A stretch of DNA of 64,000 nt. Origin: Takakia lepidozioides. Taxonomy: Eukaryota > Plantae > Bryophyta. A model generated the notes under the pieces. The model did no database searches. It worked only from the letters and a program-made list of their open reading frames with translations, and had not been told where the DNA came from. The stretch is from NCBI GenBank assembly GCA_030704615.1, contig CM060731.1:89032001-89096000 (forward strand), given 5' to 3'. The translations under genes were made by a program, and so were the position numbers. Shown piece after piece: positions 36,780 through 49,912 of this stretch (its first letter is position 1; each line of letters opens with the position of its first letter).

Positions 36780-36970
36780 CAACTAGTACGCTCGGTGGGT
36801 CCTACCGTTCAATGGCGTCAAAAGATCCCACGCTCCGCAGCTTGTGGCCAGTGCCAGGTGATATCCCGGTGATTCTATGCTTCCAAGGTTTTTTTTGGCT
36901 GCTGCTTGTCAACGGATTTAAGGGCCTACACTTCCCAACTCCTTGGTTGTGCTCATTGTTACTGAGTGGG

Positions 36971-37148
36971 GACAACCAAGTTGTAGTCTACTAGGTAATG
37001 GGCATATACCACCTCGGAAGTGGTTATGGGTTCAATCCACCGATTGGTGTCACAAAGGTGTCCACCTTCCTAACGGAAGGCAGTAGCCCTTGGTGGGTCA
37101 AGAGACACCATAATTTATGCTTCCTTAGGAGGTTCATATGTAATATAA
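36971..37148 (+). mobile_element. tRNA-derived SINE family 1, copy A
   Basis: Degenerate A box and B box GGTTCAATCC. TSD TTACTGAGTGGG / TTACGGAGTGGG. Homologous to 38535-38717. Confidence 0.85.
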
Positions 37149-38534
37149 TTACGGAGTGGGTCATAAAGACTTGGCCCGGATTTCTTCGTTAGAGAGGATG
37201 GCACCTTGCCGGGCTGGATTTTTCCTTTTTCCTTCCTGCTCTTGTGAGCCGTCCGTCCGATCAGGGAAATCCCAGCCATCAAAGTCCAAAATCTTTGCTG
37301 TTGCGGGTGAGGCCGGGGGAGGAGGCGTTCCTGAAACTGGGGGCCTTGGATCGCCCTGTACTTCACCCTACATTTTTCGCCCTGGGTAGCCCCAGAGTTA
37401 GGTTGAGCCCCCAGAGGATACCCGGTATGCCAGAACTCTTAGAAAAATGCTAGATCTGTTAGAAAAATCTATAGTTCTTCGAGTGAAAACATAGATTCTT
37501 AAAGAACCTAGAAAAAATGTATGGTTCTTCAAGTGCCTGGAAAGATTTTCCCTCTACGTTAACTCTTAGAACACAGGTTTTTTGGGTCAAAACAATTTTA
37601 TACGCTTACGTGCCTAGCAACCACCATCCATCCACATGGATGAACTGTACAAACTCATCCCTTATCGACAACATGAACCCTCTCACAAAGTCTTGGCAGA
37701 TTTCATGGTTTTAATTGGGAGATTATAACACAAAAGAAATAACCCAATTTGAAACCCAAATGAAAATCCCACATTATCCCTGCGATCTCGTTTTTGGATC
37801 CTGGTTTTCCGACAATGCTTTAAGATGTGGGCTGACGCTAACGATTTCTTGAACATCGTCCCCTTCAGGAAGACGGTTCATGGGAGCCAGTATTTCTGCG
37901 AATTCATCATCCGAGGAATCCGACAGTGTGACAAAAGTTGTTGAAGTGGTGTTCTCCTGCTTCACAGTCACATGCCGCTTTCCTTGAGGACAGAAGCAGT
38001 TGTCCCAAGAGTCACAATGGAACCACTCGATTGTCTTCTTTCACTTCGGAACACACGATATTTTCCAGGAAGAACTCTCCATTCTTTGTGTTTCTGTGCA
38101 ACATGCGGTTTATGCGCATCACAAAATTTAGTTTGACCAAGGAAATTTTACAAGTTGCAATTTTTTCTTGGATAAATGGCCTCCACATTCACAATTAGGG
38201 GGACAGAGTATATTTTCTCTCAAAATTTCAGAGTGAAAGATCAAAATTTTGGGGGGTTAAATTACTTGAGTATGGTACTTCAAAAGTCGCAACAATTCCA
38301 GACAATTTGCACGTGTTAGAAAATAGGCAATTTTCAGATTTCGGGTTTTTTCTTAAGAATTTCTAGGGCCAGATAAAAAATCCAACAATATTGTGTGCTA
38401 CTTTGTTTGTTGTCTGGTAAGGAGTAAGGACTACACAACAACTTGGCCCAATGCTCCTTAAGCGTCCTTGTGGCCGAAACAGGCCTCCAGTCAACTTCTG
38501 CCGGGTGTAACTGTGCTAGATCTCGTCCAATTTT

Positions 38535-38717
38535 GACAACCAAGTTGTAGCCCAGTGGTAATGGGCACATATCACCTCGAAAGTGGTTGTGGGTTCAATC
38601 CACCGATTGGTGTCACAAAGGTGTCCATTGTCCACCTTCCTACCGCAGTAGTCCTTCAGGGTGAAGAGACTCCATAATTTACGGATCCTTTGGGAGGCGT
38701 CAGATATTATTATTATT
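38535..38717 (+). mobile_element. tRNA-derived SINE family 1, copy B
   Basis: A box TAGCCCAGTGG, B box GGTTCAATCC and (ATT)n tail. Perfect 9-bp TSD GTCCAATTT (38525-38533 / 38718-38726). Confidence 0.9.
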
Positions 38718-39085
38718 GTCCAATTTCAAGAAGAAAATTTGCATGAGAAACCGCTCCACGTGTACAAGATGTGTGCGAAGCCAATTGGCCAGATGTTACG
38801 TATAGGGCAAAATCAATGTCAGTGTGACACTGGCTTGCCCAGCCCAATCCGTGAGTTGGGTTTGTATGATTTGTCTCGTGATTGGCAAACATGGCCAGAA
38901 GCAGACATGTTCAAGGGCGACATGTGGAATTCCAACTGTGACATCATTTTTGAGAGATTAATTATGTCAATACTGTATTTGATGGAATTCAAGAAACATA
39001 ATATATATTTGATTAGTTGAAACACAACTTTGGGACTATCAAAGATCTATTATTTAGATAATGTACTCAATCTGTAAGTCCCTTC

Positions 39086-39152
39086 CAAGGTGTCCACCTT
39101 CCACTGAAGGTAGGAGCCCTGCGGGTCAAGTGACACCGTCACTTGAATTACG
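39086..39152 (+). mobile_element. SINE family 1 body fragment
   Basis: AAGGTGTCCACCTTCC...GGGTCAAGTGACACC matches copies A and B. Confidence 0.65.
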
Positions 39153-41380
39153 TCTGCTTCCGCAACGCATCCACATTTATTAAGTCCCTTCATGTCCAAT
39201 AATGGCCATTGGAGCTTGAATGTTTGGTACTGGTTTTGCAAAACTGGAGTTGTTGTAAGTACAAATATTTCATCTTGTTGGGGAAGCAAACCCTCCAAAC
39301 TATCATTGTCACATCAAATTGTTCACAAGAAATACCCACCTTGGCGACAAGTTAGATGGAGAGACCATGCTGACGGGTGATGAGGATCTTTGTTTTGTTT
39401 TGTTTTGTAGCGTTGAGATGTCCCAAACCGCGAGGCCCTGGCGCTGATGACATTGTGGAGTCGAGGCAGGGGCTTTTGGAAGTTACATGGAGCTCTTGTA
39501 CATAGATTGAAATAAAGATAGTTCCATCCGCATATTGATTTTGTTCCATGGAATTTTCCTCTTATTTTTGAGTAATTAAGCACTTTTGCCAAATAGTTTG
39601 TGAGGAATTACATTATTTTTTAATAAATTACCAAAACGCATTAGGCACTTTGAATTTGAATTAATTATCTTCTAACCCGCTATAGGGTATGGCCCTAGTA
39701 GTGAAAGGAATTTGGGTTTGGGGTCATGGGCACTTGATAAGAGAAATGTAGGAAGAAAGTAAGGAGAAGTGACAAATAGCCCAGCACAGTAGGCTAGGCC
39801 TGACGAACACAAAAGAAATGTTTTTCTGTTTCTGTGTTTTTTGTCTGGTGAAAAATCGCCAGATTTCGGCCTGAAAAATGGGTCAGCTACTTGTACAAAC
39901 GAATTATGGGGGGTGAAAATCGAAAGATTCGCCAGAATGTGCCGTATTTGAATATCAGGAGCGTAATCATAACTACGTGGACCTGTTTTGACGTTCCACT
40001 TGTTATATAGCTAATTTTCTAACCCTGCTAACCTCGTTATTCTCGCCACATGGGCGCTGGGTATTACATTGAAAAATGAAAAAAACAAATAAGTTAGTGC
40101 GCAGCGTCCACATTGTGGCGGTGAGCGCATCGGGGGTCGCGACGACAGCAAGACACCGCAGCACATGGCGGTGAGTAAATGGAGCGCGGGCCCACTTTGC
40201 AACGTGATCCCCGCCATCGCCACGTCGGAGTAAGATCTCGATGTTTGAGGGTCTGGGCAATGCCCAAGCTGAGATAGCCCTGCTGCTCAAGTAGCCGGAG
40301 ATGAAATTCTTACTTGTGTAAGTAGCTGCCCTTCTGTCTAAGTATCGCTCGGCCGCCTTTTCAGCTTTGTTGAAGGATTCACTGTGTGTTTGCATGGTAC
40401 TTACAAAACAAACATGTGGTGAGCGTGGACACACTAACATAATTGTGAAACGGGGAGGACAGCTATGCACGACGTGGCTACGACGCGGCACGGCTTTAGC
40501 ACCGCCCTGACACTTTCCGTTTATTGACTCGTGTTTTATGCCCCATTTATTAACGCGCTATCCCCCTTCTACTCCGCGCTTCTGCACGCTGTTACACTCT
40601 CCTTACTTCCATGCACCTGTGGATCATCAACTTTTGCACCGTCCACGTGGCAAGCCTTTGGGATGAAGACCACCCAATAGCTACATCCTGTCTTATCCAC
40701 CATTCCCAGCTTTCCACGTGGAATATCCCACACATTTTGAAACCCACTATGCTACATGTCGGAGGTTTCTGGTTGTTAGATAACCAGAACATGCATCAAA
40801 GCCTTAATGAGAACATGTCTTTTACACCTGTAGTATATAATAATATGTATAATATGATATATACATTGATAAGCATTTTATTTGTTGTTGGGATTTATGT
40901 GGTGAGCGCTAGGCTTATGTCATGTTTTGATCTATAACTTATTTAGACATCAGCTTCCAATAACCAGTAAGCCAAGATATTCTCGACATCTCTCATATCC
41001 AGTACTTAAACCGCTAGTTTCACCATGTCATATCTAGAACACATTGTCGTGTGCATACGTATCGCTCTACAACTACATCGCTATCCAAACCACACAACAC
41101 ACATGTAATCGCAAAACTTGACAACACACACTGTTAATAAAAATAATAACCGCATTCTACCCAGACACGGACATTGCCATTTAGTTTTTCTCTACACTTT
41201 CATAGTCGGAACATCTAGCTTTTAGAAATTGGATTTGTTGCTCTATCTTTACCTAGGTTGATATCAAAAATAAATAATACCCGTCTAACACTGGTTTAGT
41301 TCAAATCTCTCTGTGCTCTCTCTCTCTCTTTGTGCCTTCGATGTTGTAAGTTCTTTTTGTATGTGTATTTTAAAAAAATG

Positions 41381-41520
41381 TCCGTAAATTATGGTGTCAC
41401 TTGACCCCGAAGGACTGCTGCTTTGGTGTACTGGAAAAAGGTGGACACCTTTATGATATCCAACATATGGTTTGAACCCACAACCACTAGTTTAGCAGTT
41501 TATACACTTTCCGGCTAAAC
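41381..41520 (-). mobile_element. SINE family 1, copy on the minus strand
   Basis: Reverse complement AGTGGTTGTGGGTTCAAACC...AAAGGTGTCCACCTT...GGGTCAAGTGACACCATAATTTACGGA. Confidence 0.8.
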
Positions 41521-42310
41521 CCTATGTTCCGTATAATGAGTCGCGGTGAGCCTCGGGCCCATTGGCCCACAGTGAGTCCCAAAACTCCCCTACGACTCCC
41601 ACCCACTATTCCTAAAGGCCCCCCCTTCCCCCCACCCACTCCACCACCCTGTGACCAGCCGACTCGAGGTCCCTAGTGCCCACTGGTTGGGGACCCCACC
41701 CAATGGGTGTCTCCTCTCTCTTTATTGCCTTAGCCACTCAATGGTCGTTCAGCCCCCACTTCCACTCATATCACTGCCCCCACCACAAGGGCAGACCCTC
41801 TTGTGTCTCGACCCCTTACCCTCAAGGCTACGAGACACACCCCTGCCAACAATATTGAATCGATGCCATGATCAACTTGACAAATTTCAAAGCTGCCCCA
41901 ATCATAGGGCAGCCACTTCTGTCTCGACTCCTCTTGCCCTTTGAGGTAGATGGTTGCAACACACACCCCTACCAACAAGGAGTCGATGTCCTCATCAACC
42001 CAACCAAACTATCTGATTACTGACCACCAAGGTGTGGCGTCCCACACCAGGTAGTCGATTCCCAAGCCATGACGTTCCATGCTCGAAGAAACCAATTCCT
42101 CCCTAACTCTGACAACATGCTAGCTAGTTTTTTGGCTGAACTCTTTTGGTTCAAGCAAGAAGTAGAGCTTCTCAAGCTCCAGGCACTCTTCGTGGCATTC
42201 TCTATGGTCAAGGCACGATCCTCATAGATGATCAATTTCATGATGTGACAACAATGTCATTATAAGGTGAGGATGAGTCGTGTGCATGAATGATTGCACC
42301 TGATACATTA

Positions 42311-42866
42311 TGTCAAGGACGAGAACACGACTGAACTCAAACAAGAGATCAGACTAGAGGTACAAGAATAGACAAGAAATCAAGGTCGGCGTGGCCGAAT
42401 ATATGGTGGGTAAACATGAATCAAGATGATATTTATAACAATGGACAAGAATACAAGATACTGGAACTCGACTCAAATACTGGAATGCTGGAAACTGGAC
42501 TAGAGTACTGGGACTGGGAACAAGAGTAGCTTGAACTTGTGTTGGCAAGACTAAAGAGTATCCAGTCTCGCCTCTTATATATACTGACTACTAAGAAGTT
42601 CCCTGAGAAGCTTCCCCTATGGAGGTTTCTTGATGGAGAAGCTTCCTTAAACAAAGGAGGTACCTTGATAGAGAAGTTTCCTCCAAATGAAACTTCCTGA
42701 GTAGTTTTCTAAGTTACTCTCGGTAATTTGGTAAACTCCCGGTAACTTGGTAATTAATGATAAATCATGGTAATCACGATAAGTCGTGGTAACTTCCGAT
42801 AACATGGTAACTTGATAACTTCTGGTATTTACTCCTGGTAAGTTCATTTGGGCTATATCCGTGACA
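42311..42866 (-). mobile_element. Solo LTR (556 bp)
   Basis: Termini TGTCAAGGA...TCCGTGACA (8/9 inverted match). 5-bp TSD CATTA/CACTA. TATA-like TATATAAG on the minus strand at about 42575. Internal GGTAA repeats. Confidence 0.85.
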
Positions 42867-44169
42867 CACTAGAGGAATTGAATCCTGAAGTGGTTTTTGG
42901 ACCTCCTGTCATTTTGAGTGATACATATATGACAACAGTTACAATGTTATTGAGAAATCCAGAAAGGCGCCCACCGGCTAATGTGGTCATAGAGGACTCC
43001 ATGTCTGAGGATTCATCCTCTGATTCTAATGATGAAGAACTTTGATGTAGACATATTCTGGTCTCAGGGTGGGTGCTGGAATGCGGCTGCTGGATGGAAT
43101 GCGGCTGCTGGAAGGAATCCATAATGTGGAACAACAAATTTGGCTAACTTTGAATGTGAATGTAAACATTTTGAACCTACTACTAACAGTGTGTTTGCAG
43201 AACACTTGTATTGCATGGTGCAGAACCATTAACTTGGTTGGAGGTTTAGTTCCTCCACAAGTGAGACCTCTATGATTTAGATATCAGTCCATATCAGTCC
43301 GCATAATTTCTCTATTGTTTTGGGGCCTTCAGTGAAGCAAGTTCAAATTCAGCATGTGAATAGTTATTTGTGCATCTTGGTCATGTCATGTTCAGTTGTA
43401 AAATGACAGCTCAAAATACTTCTGTGTAAAGCTCCCAATCTTGAACAAAGTGTCTTCAGTTTGAGGTGTCAAGTGTCATGCTTGTTTGTTAGGCCCAACC
43501 GATATAGTGTCTTATCTGGAAGGGGGCCATCTGGTGCTTGACTGTCATTTGTTTGTTTTGGCGACAAGTGTGCAAAAAGAGCTTGGACACTAAGAGAGGG
43601 GGCTCCTTGTGTTTGGTAACCTTGCCTAAATATTTCCTATCATTAATTGGCCTATATCTCAAGAGAATATAGGACATACAACTAAAAATTGATATTGTAT
43701 CGTCTTTCACCCTTAGGGACATTCGAGAAACATTCAGCTATTTCAATTGTCTCATTCAAAGTCTTTGGTGGCCTGATCTCTTCCAACAAACACAAAAAAG
43801 ATAAGCGCTTGAGAGATAGACAATGCTAAATAAAATCATCAAGTCTTCAAGATAATGGTCAATCGCTTGTAATGAACTCTGACAATTCTCCAACTTTCTT
43901 GTTATCTTGTATTTAATGTTTCCGACCTCAATGACTTTGAATGTTGGATAAAAAAATATTTTGTTCTACTCAATCATAATGTTGTTTATTCTTTTATACA
44001 AATAGATCATTCACAAACCCATTTCTAATGAACGTTGATTCAGTTCATTCTTTTTCTTTTCTTTTTCCAAGCTTTTGGGTGAGAATCATAGCATAGTTGA
44101 GATATTTAATTAAAACTTGATTTTATAGTTAGACACAAGTCTTGTAGATTTGCTGCTAATTGAGAGTCG

Positions 44170-46010
44170 AGACCATAAACCCTAGGTCCCAAAAACCCCT
44201 TTTCATAAACTTTGAAGCTCATTCATGTATTTTTTTTTTTCGAAACTTTGGGGTATAACAGAGAAAATCGAGATTGGGACACTTAGTAAATGAAAGATTT
44301 ATAGGTCTTAATCACTATTGTAAACTTCTTTGTCATTGAATCTACTAAATTTGCTTATCCTAAACCCTAATGCACCCTAAAAATCTTTTCCGAATGTTTG
44401 AATCTCATTAAATTATTTTTTCCAGGATTTATGATAAGGTAGAATGTTTGGATTTTTAAATGACATTTTTGTAGGTACTAAATGGAAGGCAAGGACCCAT
44501 TGGTCATGCACTTCTATTTCTATCTTGTAAAATTGCTAAATCCTTATTTCCCCCTTTCTATTGTTCTCTATCCATACTTTAGGTTAGCCTAAATCTTGTG
44601 CCCCAAAAATATCCTTGCAATGTTGGAAGCTCAATATTCAAAAGTCTTTTTCGAATGTTTGAAGCTCATAAAAAAAATAAAAAAATCCAAGCTTTAGGAT
44701 AGGATAGAGTGGTTTAGATTTTTAAATGACATTTTTGTAGGTCCTAAACACTCTTCCATATTTGTTTCTTATCGATACTTTAACTTAGCCTAAACCATGT
44801 ACCCCATAAATGTCTTTGTAACGTTTGAAGTTCATTCAAAAAAATCTTTTTCGAATGTTTGAAGCTCATTAAAATTTATTTTCCAAGCTTTAGGATAGGA
44901 TAACTCGTGGTTTGGATTTTAAAATGATGTCATTTCATTTTTGTAGATCCTCAACTCTCTTCCATATTTGTTTCCTATCGATAATTTAACTCAGCCAAAC
45001 TCTCTAAATCCAAGCTTTAGGATAGGATAGACTGATTTGGATTTTTAAATGACATTTTTGTAGATCCTAAACTCTCTTCCATATTTGTTTCTCATTGATA
45101 CTCTAACTTATCCTAAACTCTGTATCCCAAAAATATCTTTGTAATGTTTGAAGTCAAAAATCTTTTTTCGAATGTTTAAAGCTCATTAAGTACTTTTGCT
45201 TGCCATAAACCCTATACCCTAAAACATAATTCCTATGTTTGAAGCTCAATTAAATTTATTTTCCAGCTTACATGTGCGATTGAGTCTTTGGGATAAATTT
45301 TATTTGAAAATTTCCATAGGTTCTAAAGACTCTCCATGTTTTTTTGTACTTGATAGTGCTTTTGCTTACCCCAAACCCTATATTGTAAAATATCATTAAA
45401 ATGTTTGAACTTCGTTCAAAATTTATTTTTCCAGCTTTGGGGTACAATATAATGGTTAGATTAATATATGATTGAAAGTTTTTATAGGTCCAAATCATTC
45501 TTGCATATTTTTTATGATTCATACTTTTGCTTTTCCTAAACTTTATGCCCCTAAAACTTTATATCCATGTTTGAAGCTCATTAAGAAACACAAATTTCAG
45601 CTTTGGGGTATAATACATGTGTTAGGATATTTGATTGAAGATTTTTATAGGCTCCATGCACTCTTGTCAAATTTTTTGCATTGATACTTTTTCTTATCCT
45701 AAACTCTATAGTAATCTAAAACTTCATATCTTGAGGGAGTCATTGAAAAAAACAAATTCCAGCTTTGGGGTACGATACATTGGTTAGGATGTTTGATTGA
45801 AAGTTTTTATAGGTTCCATGCACTTTTGTCTTACTGTTGTCATTGCTATTTTTTCTTATCTGAAACCCTAAAGTACCCTAAACCTTATATCCTCATGCAA
45901 GTCATTGAAAAAATAAAAAATAAAATACTAGCTTTGGAGTACAATAGATTGGTTAGGAGGAAATTTTGATTGAAAGTTTTTAAAGGTTCTGTACATTCTT
46001 CCATATTTTA
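44170..46010 (+). repeat. AT-rich degenerate tandem repeat (satellite), about 10 units of ~165-200 bp
   Basis: Recurring TGTTTGAAGCTCATT, (C)AGCTTT(A/G)GG, TTTTT(G/A)TAGG and CCTAAAC. Anchors at about 44247, 44424, 44691, 44887, 45013, 45266, 45434, 45599, 45761 and 45930. Confidence 0.85.
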
Positions 46011-46214
46011 TTAACGTTGATTCGGATTTCTCACGTGAGTAAATCCTAAATTTGGTGTGCCATTTTGCTTCACTTGCATTTATATTTTAGTACTCATGCA
46101 TTTGTGTCCATGACTACTCTTTTGCAAGAGTCCATTGGGTTCGAGACCGATGTTCTCTTTGGCGAAGCAAGCCATGCTATTTGTCGATGCTATTTGTGCT
46201 TGCTGCTAGGTCTA

Positions 46215-48900
46215 TGCAAGGTTTGAAAATCAAAGTCTTGCAGCATCATAATCCACCTTTCTCTTTTGCCGTAAGCATCATTAACTGTGGCCAGCCACTC
46301 AAGAGGTTTGTGATCGGTTTTTACCATGAATAGCGTCATGTAGAGGTACTGTTGAAAATGAAGAATCCCCCGTACCAGTGCATAGCTCCTTCCATGGGAT
46401 GGTACGTTTTTTGAGTTTCAAAGGGTGACTTACTAGCGTATGTTATAACATGTTCTTTCCTGCCTTCTTTTTGAGATATGATTGCTCCTGCACCTTTTAT
46501 GGACCAATCAACGTCTAGAATAAAAGGCTTGGAGAAGTCTGTTCTTACCAGAATCAGTACCTAAATGAATTTGTGCTTTAGCCCCTCAAAGGCATTCTGT
46601 GCATGTGAGTTCCATTTGAATAGTTGGTCCTTCCTGATCAAGTCGAATAGTGGTCCAGCTCAAATGATTTCATGTAAGTCCTGTAGTAGCTAGTGTAGCC
46701 AAGGTAGCTATTCATTGCAGTGGGATTCTTTGGGATCATGAACTTCTGTATTGCAATGACTTTGTTTGGATCGGATTGAACGCCATCCTTGGACACTACG
46801 TGCCCCAGAAAGACCAACTCTTCATTTTCAAACTCACACTTGTCTGGGTTGAGTCTCAAATCACTCTCCCTCATCCTTTGTAGAACCTATTCCAATTGTT
46901 TTAGGTGAAGATCCCAACTTCCACTGTGAATATCACCCACGAATACCTTTCCACACATGAAGTTCCCTTGCAAGTATGGTATTCATTGCTCTCTGAAAGG
47001 TCGCAGTAGCATTTTTTTTCCCAAACGGTATATTACCAGCCATTCATAGAGTCCAGATTTTGTCAGTATAGCTGTTTTCTTGATATCATCTTCAGCCATC
47101 TTGATTTGCCAAATCCACTACGTAGGTCTAGTGCTGTGAACCAGTTGGCTAAATTTTGCAAACTTTGCATATCATCTTGTATAAGAGGCATGGGGTTGGT
47201 CTCTTCGCGTTTGCATGTTGAGGGGTCTATAGTCCCCACAAAACCTCTTGTTTCCGTCGTTCTTTGGAGGAATATTCTGATAAACTAGGCCCAAATTTCC
47301 CTTGTCGCACCAGTTCATCAATCCGAGATTGAATCTCTCTCTCCTCCCAATTAGATAGTCGTTTTGGTTGACTTTTACAGGGAAAAATCCTTGTGTGTTC
47401 AATATCTTTATGATACCATAAATCAGCCTTGCTCAGAGAACACTAGACATCCTGATTCTTCCTTAACAACATGAACAATTCTTTCTGTTGTTCCTCAGTT
47501 AGCTGCCTGTTAAGCTTTAGTCTAGGCTTGACAGCTTCCCACTTGATGTCTTCCTTTTCACCTAGCTTCCGTTCCATGAGTTGACCAATGGTTTTTGGCT
47601 GATGTCCCAACATTTGATGATTCATTTCCTGCTCCTCAAGGATTATATAAGTTCCCTATTCTAGTCATGAAAGACATAATCATCACTGTCCTCAGCAAAC
47701 TCCCTTTCCCATGCCTTTGAACATGCATCCCGCATTTGGAGCTTAGACATTTTTTTGTTGTGCCTCCCGTTTCAACGACTCATTGGGCCCTTTGTCATTT
47801 CACACCTGTTCCTCTATCTCTAATTGGGGCCGGTAGATCATTCCATTCCTCATTGTTATATGTGTTCTCTTCTTCATGATCAAATTTGTCGTTAGCACCC
47901 TTCATCCACCTCATCCAAATCAAATTTATCCTATGCATCTTCATGTAACTCGATTGCCAATTTTCTTGGTTCTTCCATTGGCCTCAGAACACAAATATTG
48001 TGTTTATGCTCCCATGGTTCTTTATCAAGCTCAACCGTAATATTTTCACAGAATTCCTGGAATCCTTTCACTCTAGAATTCACCACAGCCACCGTGTGCA
48101 AGGGAAAGTATGTGATATCAGCTAATTTCATATCTGATTCTCAATGTTTCTGCCTCCGTGTCTACTGCAGCCCCAATTTTTTTTTTTCAGAAAATCAAGA
48201 CCTAATAGCATGTTGTAAATGTCTGCAACCACCATGAATGAGACCTGATTGCTGTCACTTTCAGGTCTTCTAAATCTTCACATGGCTGTTTCCACTGCTC
48301 CTGAAGCTACTCGATATGCAATTTTTTTTGTTTTTGTCTTAAGCACTTCTTTTATGAGCCCAAGGTCTCTGACTGTGCTTGCTGCTATGACTGAGACCAT
48401 TGCACATGTGTGGATTTGCCCCGACACCCAAAATTCTCCAATAATCACTAATGCATGGAGAGCTTTAACCTTTCCATAATAATATGCATACGATACGCTC
48501 TCATGTTTCCGAATGCTTTGAACTCCGGTTTGCATTTTCCCTTAATCAAGGCAGTCATGGCATTGTTGGAGTTCATTGCTGCCTTCACCAATCCCTTCAG
48601 CTTTTCGAACTCACTTGGTACGTTCATAATCAGGTCCATTGGAGACACTGATATTTTGCCCTTATAAAAGTGATTCAAAATTTTTGACCTGCCAACAAGT
48701 TACAACACTCTCTAGCCATTTGGTCTGTGGCCTGATTGGAGGCACGGTCCATCTTTCTCGCTCTACTATTTTCATTGGATCTTTCCCCAGAAGCATCTCT
48801 CTCATGTTCTAGTGGAGTATTTGGCATGGGAACAATATTGGACCCTCTTTTAGAAGCTCCTCAACTCTGTTAGAATTGTTCCTTCTTGCTAAAGTTGCAA
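46215..48900 (-). mobile_element. Decayed Ty3/gypsy pol (protease-RT-RNase H)
   Basis: HTCAMVSVIAASTVRDLGL (protease-like), KRFCGDYRPLN, PFGKKNATATFQRAMN, LRLNPDKCEF..LVFLGHVVSKDG, KPFILDVDWS and TDHKPLEWL, in Ty3 order with many stops. Confidence 0.88.
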
Positions 48901-49639
48901 GCTAACCCACCTAGTATTTATCCTTAGCCACATGACAATAATTGTTCTGACTCAGAATGAATTACTCTGACACAATTATCCCCATTCTCGTATCTCACAA
49001 TGAGCCTAAAATATGATAGCCTTGGTTCATTCTGCGGCTGTTGCTTCAAGTTGTAGCTTATGTTGGACACTAATTTCCAGGAACAAGGGTGAGAGATGCA
49101 ACCATAGAAATGATTTGACAAACAACATTATACTGATGTGTTTAATTCTGCTTTAGGAATGTCAAAAGGTTAGAAGTTAAGAGTCAAGACAGCAGAATAG
49201 TATAATACAGCTCCACCTGCTCAAGTGTCACATCGAGGGGTCACCGGTGAGGCACACCGAATCAGCTATTGCCATGAGTGGCTATCGATGGTATTCATCA
49301 AAATGAAAACTTCTGCTGACAGTGCATAGCTTTTACTTCCAATGGGAGGACTTGTCACTCAATAATAAAACAACACAAAGCTTGGAGAAGGATAATAGAC
49401 AAAAAGAAATTGTAGAACAGATTAATGCTACTTTCTCTTTCGTTGCAATAGTACTGTTAGTCTGCTCAATGTCTACAAATGAAAGCAAGTGAGAAAATGC
49501 TTGACAGGGCACCCTCTTTTGGTATCAGAGCAGTATGGTAAACGACTTGTTTTACGACGGTGATTTTACGACTCAGTCGAAAACCAGTCGTAAAAGACAA
49601 AGATCCTACTTGTGTGGTGTCCCATGAGCGTTGTGCCTC

Positions 49640-49912
49640 ATGGCAAGGTTACTATGAAAGAGGCTCTTATTTACCCTAACTTCAGTTGACATCATTTATA
49701 TATATATGAAAGAGGTTATTTTCTCCGTTTTCTCCTCTCACTATAATTAAAGGACCTGGTAGACCTTGGCCGCATGGCTTACAGTCTTGGTTATTTTTCC
49801 ATACCTATCAATATGAATTACAGGGCTCTTTTTCCCCCTTTAAATTATTAAGAAAGAAGGGCCTGATTTGTGAGCGGTCGCTCCCCTGTTTTCCCTTTTA
49901 AAAAGAAAGAAA
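49640..49912 (+). mobile_element. SINE family 2, 3' part (interrupted)
   Basis: GAAAGAGGTTATTTT...CCTCTCACTATAATTAA and GGGCCTGATTTGTG...TTTCCCTTTT plus an A-rich tail match the reverse complement of 52780-52880. Confidence 0.65.

Noticed and set aside
38535-38620. tRNA gene (also 36971 and 52950-53012)
   Set aside because: A and B boxes are present, but there is no full cloverleaf, and a shared body, tail and TSDs identify these as SINEs.
39970-40725. G-box/ABRE cluster as a bHLH enhancer
   Set aside because: A few ACGTG cores 3.6-4.4 kb upstream cannot be distinguished from chance.
42060-43045. Second CACTA TnpD C-terminus split by the solo LTR
   Set aside because: An acidic tail and a weak W..DP motif are suggestive but too degenerate, and no TIR was found.
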